Notes under the pieces: generated by a model
Databases searched by the model: none
What the model was told of the DNA's origin: nothing
What the model saw: the letters and a program-made list of their open reading frames with translations, nothing else
Shown: one piece after another, positions 39,691 through 49,054 of the stretch
Layout: each line of letters begins with the position of its first letter
Position numbering within the stretch: the first letter of the stretch is position 1
Position numbers and translations under genes: made by a program
Assembly (NCBI RefSeq): GCF_006345805.1
Contig: NW_021834349.1
Coordinates: forward strand, 1-49,054
Direction of reading: 5' to 3'
DNA length: 49,054 bases
Origin: Octopus sinensis
Lineage: Eukaryota

Positions 39691-39823
39691 GGCACAGGAG
39701 TTCCGGGTTCAGTCCCACCGCGTGGAAGCGTGGGCAAGTGTCTTCTACTATAGCCTCGGGCCGAACAAAGCCTTGTGAGTGGATTTGGTAGACGGAAATT
39801 GAAAGAAGCCCGTCGTATATATG

Positions 39824-39890
<67 letters not shown>

Positions 39891-40085
39891 ATGTATGTAT
39901 TTGTGTGTCTGTGTTTGACGCCTCCCTCCGCCACCACCATCACTTGACAACCGATGTTGGTGGGTTTACGTCCCCGTAACTTAGCGGTTCGGCAATAACA
40001 AACCGATAGAATAAGTACTAGGCTGACAAATAATAAGTCCTGGGCTCGATTTGTTCGACTAAAGGCGCTGCTCCAGCATGGCCGC
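39691..40085 (+). mobile_element. SINE family D with deletion in the head
   Basis: ggcacaggagttccgggttcagtccc...gcatggccgc. Confidence 0.85.
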
Positions 40086-40123
40086 GGCCTTCGGGCTAAA
40101 ACATTTTAAGGATTTAAGGATTT

Positions 40124-40154
<31 letters not shown>

Positions 40155-40629
40155 CTATACATACATATGTGTGTGTGTGTGTACGCACACACATATACAC
40201 GAACGCTAATGAGATATAAACAGTGTGTGCACACACGCGCACACACACATACACGCACGTACACACAGACACACACACATATCTGCTTTAGAATAGAGAA
40301 CCAAGGAATCATTGTGTGTGTGTGTGTGTATGTCTGTGTATGCATGTGTACGTATGACTGCACACACACACACACACACATATATAATATACGCGCACAT
40401 ACACACACAGGTATCGACGTGAGCTCACACATCCTTTTGTGTCGTCAATGTTGAGTTGTAACTAAACTGAACGCGATGTACGTACATGTTCGTGTACGCG
40501 CGTCTCCAGACACGGAGGATTAAATACACAGGAACAGGTCCTAACACGACTCATTCACAGACTGACTGTCGTGGAAGGTAAACGTGTAATAGAGACATTC
40601 AGATGTATATCTATATTTATAGGATCTCT

Positions 40630-40947
<318 letters not shown>

Positions 40948-41059
40948 GAAGAAAGTGATAATACTAGATGGTCACAACTGGAATGACTTTGATCAAAGAT
41001 TTTTTTCTCTGTATTGGGTTCAACCTCAGGTTGAGGAACATTATCAAGTACAAATTACT

Positions 41060-41915
41060 AGCATCACAACCACCACCACCACCATCGCCACCACCACAAC
41101 CACCACCACTACCACGATCACCACCATAACCACAACAACCACCACTACCACCGCCACCAATCACCACTATCATCACCTCAACCATCATAACCACCGCAAC
41201 CCCCGTCACCACTATCGCCTCCACTACAACCGGCACCATCACAACTAACGCCAGCACCACCACCATCACCATCACCATCACGCTCCCCCCCCGCCTCCAC
41301 AAACTACCTCCTATCCCTTGTACGACTCCTCCTGGCGTCGTCACCATCCAGTGATCCGGGGGTCGTGCAGGGTTCAAGTTATGACAATAGTTGGAGCAAG
41401 GGCCTTGCTCCCTTTTGTTACATTATTAAAAGGCGGACGAAAAGGTACCTCCCCCCTTACAACTACCCGTTAACTGACGGGTGTTCGGAAATGAATATAA
41501 TTTGGGGTGGATGTGTTGGTGATGGCGAGCAGGTGGGTGCTGGTGGTGGTGGTGGTGGTGGTGGTAGTAGTAGTAGTAGCGATGGTGGCGGTAGTGGTGT
41601 TTGTCGTAGTGGTTGTAGGAGTAGTGTTGATGGTGTTGGTGGTGGCAGTAGTGGTGGTGTTGGTTTGGTGCTTGTGATAGTGGTAGTGGTGGAGGTAGTA
41701 GCGGTTGTGGTGGTGGTGGTGGTGGTGATAGCGTTGGTAATGGATGTGGTGGTAGCAGTAGTGGTGATAGCGGTGGTGTTGGTGGTGGTGGTGGTGTTGG
41801 TGGCAGTGGTAATGGTGTTGGTATTGCTGCTTGTGGAGGTGGTGTGGTGGTGGCTGTGGTGGTAGTGGTTGTGCTGTGGTGGTGATGGTGGTGGTGGTGG
41901 TGGTGGTAGCGGCGG
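41060..41915. repeat. (CAC)n and (GGT)n low-complexity tracts in opposite orientations
   Basis: Directly visible. Confidence 0.85.
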
Positions 41916-42095
41916 CAGTTCGTGTTTAAGGCGTGGATGAGTTTATGGTCGTTAATTTTCTTGTTTAGTCCTAGTTCAACTTTGATCGTACGGATCTTAT
42001 AATCAAAGACATTCCGTTGGTGACCATCGCGGATTTCAGACAACGAAAGCAATCCGTCAACATGTATATATATATATATATATTATATATATATA

Positions 42096-42304
42096 TACTC
42101 TTTTACTTGTTTCAGTCATTTGACTGCAGCGCCTTTAGTCGAGCAAATCGACCTCAGGACTTATTCTTTGTAAGCCCAGTACTTATTCTATCGGTCTCTT
42201 TGGCCGAACCGCTAAGTGACGGGGACGTAAACACACACCAGCATCGGTTGTCAAGCAATGCTAGGGGGACAAACACACACACACAAATACATACACACAC
42301 ACAC

Positions 42305-42357
<53 letters not shown>

Positions 42358-42517
42358 CGAGCTTCTTTCAGTTTCCGTCTACCAAATCCATCCACAAGAC
42401 TTTGATCGGCCCGAGGCTATAGTAGAAGTCACTTGCCCATGGTGCCACGCAGTAGGACTGAACCTAGAACCATGTGATTGGGAAGCAAGTTTCTTACCAC
42501 ACTACCACTCCTACACC
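42096..42517 (-). mobile_element. SINE family D
   Basis: Full family D body. Confidence 0.88.
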
Positions 42518-42534
42518 TATATAAACATATATTT

Positions 42535-42884
42535 TATCTTTTACTTGTTTCGATCATCTGACTGCGGCCACGCTGGAGCACCGCGCTGAAGGGATTTAGT
42601 TCAACGAATCGACCCCAGTGTCTATTATGTATAAGCTTAGTACTTATTCTTTCGGGTATTTTGCCTAACCGCTATCTAACAGGTACATAAACCCACCAAC
42701 ACCGGTTGCCAAGCAGTGGTGGGTAACAAACGCAGACACAAAGAGAAATGTACACAGATATGTACGCGTATACGACGGGCTTCTTTCAATTTCCGCCAAC
42801 CAAATTCACTCACAAAGCCTTAGGCTTTAGCATAACGTGTCACATAGTGGAAATTAACTTCGAACGTTGTTGGGAAGCAAGCTT
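42535..42884 (-). mobile_element. Degenerate SINE family D
   Basis: tgactgcggccacgctggagcacc...acgacgggcttctttcaatttcc. Confidence 0.7.
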
Positions 42885-43127
42885 TTTATTTCTTATTTCT
42901 TTATTGCTCACAAGGGGCTAAACATAGAGGGGACTAACAAGGACAGACAAACGGATTAAGTCGATTATATTGACCCCAGTGCGTAACTGGTACTTAATTT
43001 ATCGGTACCAAAAGGATGAAAGGCAAAGTCGACCTCGGCGGAATTTGAACTCAGAACGTAACGGCAGATGAAATACCACTAAGCCCTTCGCCCGGCGTGC
43101 TAACGTTTCTGCCAGCTCGCCGCCTTC
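42885..43127 (-). mobile_element. SINE family A with 10-bp TSD, inserted into a family D head
   Basis: TSD aagcaagctt at 42875-42884 and 43128-43137. Confidence 0.9.
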
Positions 43128-43387
43128 AAGCAAGCTTCTTAACACATGGCCACACCTGATGTATATATCAGGGTCGGTTTTAAACCAATGAGACTTATTC
43201 GTTCAAATTGGGCCTCGTGCCAAGAGAGGGTACAGCGCCAAAGGAGTGTCCCGCACATACGGTCGACTTGTAATAAAACATCTAAACTTTCAGATGAGCT
43301 TTCCATTAGTATATCCATTTTAGTATATCGTTGGTGGAGCCTGAAACCCACGACGCTTTTTGGCTAGTACTGGTGTACTATATATAT

Positions 43388-43755
43388 GGCACTCCGTCGG
43401 TTGCGACGACGAGGGTTCCAGTTGATCCGATCAATGGAACAGCCTGCCCGTGAAATTAACATGCAAGTGGCTGAGCACTCCACAGAAACGTATACCCTTA
43501 ACGTAGTTCTCGGGAATATTCAGCGTGACACAGAGTGTAACAAGTTTGGCCCTTTGAAATACAGGTACAACAGAAACAAGCAGAAGGAGTGAGAGAAAGT
43601 TGTAGTGAAAGAGTAAAGCAGGGTTCGCCCCCACCCACTGCCGGAGCCTTATGGAGCTTTAGGTGTTTTCGCTCACAACGCCCGGTCTGGAAATCGAAAT
43701 CGCGATCCAATGACCGCGTGTCTGCTGTCCTAACCTCTGGACCATTGTCCCTCCA
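43388..43755 (-). mobile_element. SINE family B
   Basis: Reverse complement matches family B. Confidence 0.88.
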
Positions 43756-44099
43756 CACTGGTGTACTACACGAAGCATAAACCATCAATCTTCAGCGTAG
43801 AGTAGAGGGTCCTACAGACAATTCAGTAATGGGGCCCCGCACTTCAAAATTATGGCCCTCTCTCTCCTCTCTTCATACACACACACACACATCACACACA
43901 TACACACACACACATATATATATCCATCTATCTCTCACCTAGGTCGTCCCATAACGCCTCTAGGGGTTTCGGTTGCGCATACTATAGGAATCACAGGGAG
44001 CTGCTGCATGTGGTCCCGCTGTTGCCATCTAACTAGGAATATTAGGTTCTCATCCATTGTCTTATATTCAAGATCGACTGAATGACATCCTGCTAGTTC

Positions 44100-44500
44100 A
44101 ACGGCAGGAATCTGATCTGTTATCTCCTGCCAATAACTGAATCCACGACCTGCTGCCGATGCTTCGATTTATTGTCGTTAAGGGTTTGTCTGCCTCCTAT
44201 CCTTCGACCTATCTGGCCTGGTACGACCTGCCTGAAGATTTTTCTCCCTCCAGCATAGCTCTCTAGGTCAGTGTAACACAGGCACTTCACTGCGGCAAGG
44301 TACATATTGAATTGGCCGTTAACTACACGGCAGTTCTTCCGCCCTTCAACGGGTCTTATTTTAAGCCCCGCAGGGTGTCCAACAATTACTCTCCTCCCCG
44401 AGCAAGCCTGATGGGGTTGCCAGTTTAGTCGCCGATGACCCGACCATGCGACAGGTTGTACTGGGGTTACATGTCACCAGTAACGCTCAAGGGCGACCTG
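44100..44500 (-). mobile_element. Possible RTE-type LINE 5' UTR fragment
   Basis: Minus ccttgccgcagtgaagtgcctgtg...gagagctatgctggaggg resembles RTE 5' UTRs as I recall them; no ORF support. Confidence 0.4.
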
Positions 44501-44508
44501 ACTATATA

Positions 44509-44563
<55 letters not shown>

Positions 44564-44926
44564 AAAGATAGATATGCAATTACGAACACGTACGCACGCA
44601 CGCACGCACGCAAGCACACACACTAACTGTATTTACCGTACAGAGACTAGAATTGGACCCCTAGACTCGCGAGATCTCGGATAACTGCCCTGCATCCCCA
44701 TCCATTAAAACAGCACAGCATTGGACCAGTAACAAACCCCTTCAGATTCATCATTGACCTGACAACCATGTTCATCACTTGTCAACCATCTATCAATAAA
44801 TTTATTAGGGGTCAACGCCTCACCCTCTTGCCACCACTACAAAAAATACCAGAATTTTTGATTGGGTTAATGAGAGTCTCATTGAAGAAGTGTGGTGTGT
44901 TAGTTCTTCAAGACAAGTCCACTATG

Positions 44927-45552
44927 TAGGGTTGGCCAAAAGTCACCTGACAGTAACTAAAAACCCATTTAATTTTAAGATTAAAACAAAAAAATTATTC
45001 TAACTCACAATATTCAATTATTAAACATTCATAATTGGATTGAATAAATAAAATGGCTGTGTGGTAAGTAGCTTGCTTACCAACCTCATGGTTCCGGGTT
45101 CAGTCCCACTGCGTGGCATCTTGGGCAAGTGTCTTCTGCTATAGCCCCAGGCCGACCAATGCCTTGTGAGTGGATTTGGTAGACGGAAACTGAAAGAAGC
45201 CTGTCGTATATATGTATATATATAATATATCTATATATATATATATATATTATATATATATAATGTATGTATGTGTGTTCGTGTGTCTGTGTTTGTTCCC
45301 CTAGCATTGCTTGACAACCGATGCTGGTGTGTTTACGTCCCCGTCACTTAGCGGTTCGGCAAAAAGAGACCGATAGAATAAGTACAGGGCTTACAAAAAG
45401 AATAAGTCCCGGGGTCGAGTTGCTCGACTAAAGGCGGTGCTCCAGCATGGCCGCAGTCAAATGACTGAAACAAGTAAAAGTATAAAAGAGTAAAGAGTAT
45501 TAAGTATTTATGGAATTTTGATTTACTCCCAAGTGACTTTTGGCCAACCCTG
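44927..45552. mobile_element. Tc1/mariner-type MITE containing a SINE D insertion
   Basis: TIRs agggttggccaaaagtcac (44928-46) and gtgacttttggccaaccctg (45533-52), followed by TA. Confidence 0.8.
45054..45499 (+). mobile_element. SINE family D
   Basis: Full body and aagagta tail. Confidence 0.9.
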
Positions 45553-45689
45553 TATAGCTGTTTTCCGCCATAATCATCAGACAGAAAAAGAAACTGGCCG
45601 CCCTTCCCGGCTACAGAAGAGCAGCTGAGAGGACTTCACAATGGGCAGAGCTTATCACTGCATCAGTCCTACACAACAGTAGCTGTCAT

Positions 45690-46139
45690 CGTCGTCGCCG
45701 TCGTCGTCGTCGTCGTTGTTGTTGTTGCTGTTGTTCGTCGTCTTCTTCTTCTTCTTCTTCTTCTCCTCCTCCTTCTTCTTCTCCTCCTCCTTCTTCTTCT
45801 CCTCCTCCTTCTTCTTCTCCTCCTTCCTCTACTCCTCCTCCCCTCCTCCTCCTCTTCTTCTTCTTCTTCTTCTTCTTCTCCTTCTTCTACTCCTCTACTT
45901 CTTCTTGTTCTTCTTGTTGTTGTTGTTGTTGTTCTTCTTCTTCTTCTTTTTCTTCTTCTTCTTCTTCTTCTTCTTCTTATTATTATTATTATTATTATTA
46001 TTATTGTTATTATTATTGTTATTATTATTATTATTGTTATTGTTATTATTATTATTATTATTATTTATTATTATTATTGTTATTATTATTATTATTATTA
46101 TTATTGCTATTATTATTGTTATTATTATTGTTATTGTTA

Positions 46140-46183
<44 letters not shown>

Positions 46184-46232
46184 GTTATTAATATTATTGT
46201 TATTGTTGTTATTATTATTATTATTATTATTA

Positions 46233-46265
<33 letters not shown>
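45690..46265. repeat. (GTC)/(CTT)/(CTC)/(TAT)n compound trinucleotide tract
   Basis: Directly visible. Confidence 0.95.
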
Positions 46266-46389
46266 CTTTGCACAGCTTCTAGCGCTGTTCACGGTAAGTA
46301 TAGACATTTAAATTCCAAAGTTCCTTTCTTTCTAGATTGATTTATATCATTGTGGATAGATTTGAATTGATTTGATTCATATCAAAAGA

Positions 46390-47285
46390 AGTTTAGATCA
46401 AACCTGTGTCAGACGTGGCATACTGTATGAACTTTTTAAGAAAAACGACTCGTCAGCAACGGAAGCAGCGAAAGTTATTCGTTCTGTCTATAAAAATGAA
46501 GTTTTAAGTATCCAAAGGCACCGACAATGTTTTAGCCAGTTTAACTCTTTACTCTTTTACTCTTTTACTTGTTTCAGTCATTTGACTGCGGCCATGCTGG
46601 AGCACCGCCTTTAGTCGAGCAAATCGACCCCGGGACTTATTCTTTGTAAGCCCAGTACTTATTCTATCGGTCTCTTTTGCCGAACTGCTAAGTGACGGGG
46701 ACGTAAACACACACCAGCATCGGTTGTCAAGCAATGCTAGGGGGACAAACACAGACACACAAACACACACAGACGTACATACACATATATATATACATAT
46801 ATTCGACAGGCTTCTTTCAGTTTCCGTCTACCAAATCCACTCACAAGGCATTGGTCGGCCCGGAGCTATAGCAGAAGACACTTGCCCAAGATGCCACTCA
46901 GTGGGATTGAACCCAGAACCATGTGGTTGGTTAGCAAGCTACTTACCACACAGCTGGTAGATTCTCCGCTATCTGGATGACCAAGTGATGTTAATATTGG
47001 ATTTCTGAAAAGTGTAACCGAAGAAAATTCAAAGCAGACTGCATCAGAATTAGCGGAACAGCTCCATTCATTTCACTCTTTGGTAATAAAACACCTTCGG
47101 AAACAAGCAAGTGTCTGAACTTGGTCGGTGGGTCCCTCAACATGTGACTGCTTCACAGATATAATCTCTGCTCGTCGAAAAATGAACTTGTGACCGATCC
47201 TCTCCTGGGTAGAAATATAACACATAATGAAAAGTCAGGCTGGCTATAATCATATTCAACGGAGACGACAATGGTTAGCACGCAG
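46390..47285 (+). pseudogene. Mariner transposase relic interrupted by SINE D
   Basis: VRRGILYELF...ATEAAKVIRSVY...; LVDSPLSG*P..ENSKQTASELA..; GRWVP; HNEK..; RRQWL. Confidence 0.7.
46544..46954 (-). mobile_element. SINE family D
   Basis: Family D body. Confidence 0.9.
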
Positions 47286-47490
47286 TGGAAAATTGGAATT
47301 CACTCCAAAACAGAACAACACCCGAAAACAGACTCTGTATTCGGAGGGACAGGAAGAGTGCAAAACAGTTAATTTGGATGGGAATTGTTGTCACTAGGGA
47401 GCGCACATGCACATAAACACAAACGCATACATACACACATACACGCGCGCACATACACACGCACACATAAAAACATGCATATATAATTTT

Positions 47491-47700
47491 ATACTCTTTT
47501 ACACGTTTCAGTCATTTAACTGCGGCCATGCTAGAGCACCGCCGTAAGTCGAAAAAATCAAACCTAAGGACTTATTCTTTGTAAGCCTGGTGCTTATTCT
47601 ATCGGTTACCTTTGCCGAGCCGCTAGGTTTCGGGGACATACACACACCAGCATCAGTTGTCAAGAGATGGTGGGGGGAGACAAGCACAAAGACATACACG
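47491..47700 (-). mobile_element. SINE family D, 3' half
   Basis: tttcagtcatttaactgcggccatgctagagcacc...gttgtcaag. Confidence 0.75.
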
Positions 47701-48004
47701 CATATATATATATATATTATATGTATGTATGTATGTATGTATATACACACACACACATATATATATACACACGCACACAATCCTATACATACGTACATAT
47801 GTATATACACACAACACAGACCGTTTGAGATACCCTTGTAGGTACATGTATGTATTTAGTTGCAATATATAATATATATAACACCTAGGGTGTGTACAGG
47901 TATCAGGTGTGAACTAACATATTCTATGTCACATTGATTTCAGATCAGATTTTGTTTTGTTTTGTATATTTTTCCCAAATGTTCTAGATCCATGGAAATC
48001 ATAC

Positions 48005-48598
48005 ATCAATAACACCATCACCACCACCACCACCAAAACCACCACCACCACCACCACTACAACCACCGCCACTATCACCACCACAACCACTACCACTGCC
48101 ATCATTGCCACCATCACCACCACCACCGCTGCCATCACCCCACCAATACTACCACCACCAACACAACCACCACTATCATCACCACCACTATCGCCATCGC
48201 CACCACCACCACCTCTGTTACAACCAGCGCTACTATCACTACCACAAGCACCACTGAGACCTTCGCTGTTACTACCACCATGACCACAACCACTACCACT
48301 ACCACCACCATCACAGCCGCCACCACAATCACAACTTCCACCTTCACCACAGCAACCATCACTACGATCACTTGTACAACTGTACCCGCTGCTACCACAA
48401 CCACAACCGCCACCGCCAATCACTGCAGCTATCTACTCCACCCGTGTCATTTTACATTAGAGCCCATCATCACCACCAGCATCATCATCACCACTATCAT
48501 CCTCTTCATCACCACCACCACCACCACAACCATCATCATCATCATCATCATCATCATAATCATCGTCATCATCTTCATCATCATCATCATAATCATCG

Positions 48599-48630
<32 letters not shown>

Positions 48631-48665
48631 TCATCATCATCATCATCATCATCATCATAATCATC

Positions 48666-48704
<39 letters not shown>

Positions 48705-48960
48705 TTCATCATCATCATCATCATCATCATCACAATATAATTTCATCGGTCACAATTGCCATCACACTTTTCTACAATCGCAATTACTACCACTGTCCAT
48801 TAGTACGACTACGAGCAGCACGACAATGATGACGACGACCCCCCCCGCCACCACCATAACTATCAACAGTACTAACATCATCATCACCACCAACAACACT
48901 ACCATAAAATCCAACACCACCATAACAACAACTTCCATCACCACCATTATCTTCATCACC
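48005..48960. repeat. (CAC)n/(CAT)n low-complexity tract
   Basis: Directly visible. Confidence 0.92.
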
Positions 48961-48984
48961 AATAATATCGGTTTAAAATTTTGA

Positions 48985-49054
48985 TACAAGACCAGCAAGT
49001 TCGGAGAGTGGGGGGGAAGGGGTAAGTTGATTACATCAACCTCAGTGCATAACT
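48985..49054 (-). mobile_element. SINE family A 3' fragment (cut by the window edge)
   Basis: ttgattacatcaacctcagtgcataact matches the family A body. Confidence 0.55.

Noticed and set aside
41900-42052. Protein-like minus-strand stretch (EIRDGHQRNVFDYKIRTIKVELG)
   Set aside because: No acceptor site, runs into (CAC)n, and I do not recognise it.
45551-45590. Minus-strand CTGATGA-ttatggcg-GAAA
   Set aside because: Stem II and stem III do not pair properly, and the NUH register is incompatible with stem I.

Overview
Eukaryotic, AT-rich, repeat-saturated DNA with no host gene I can support. The tRNA-derived SINE families and the microsatellite load most resemble an Octopus (coleoid cephalopod) genome; this is recall and inference, not a database result. 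Contents: (1) a near full-length 5.4 kb Tx1/L1-clade LINE (minus, 19962-25384) with (TC)n at both ends; (2) four 5'-truncated Dong/R4-like retrotransposon ends, all inside (TAA)n; (3) fragments of Penelope-like RT, RTE and CR1 LINEs; (4) Tc3-like and mariner transposase relics and Tc1-type MITEs; (5) more than 25 SINE copies in at least four families; (6) many microsatellites, which explain most of the supplied ORF track. The main unannotated signal is a set of type I hammerhead ribozyme motifs. A ~443-bp unit occurs in four copies (one full and three partial) at 26398-27947, two in each orientation, and each carries a hammerhead with a self-complementary stem III. This is the architecture of a retrozyme (a ribozyme-processed, potentially circular-RNA-forming non-autonomous retroelement). 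Two further hammerhead families lie at 18166-18264 / 28920-29016 and 5698-5742. All folds were done by eye and activity is untested. Many single-base indels suggest a long-read assembly, so some frameshifts, and possibly the fold-back, could be artefacts.
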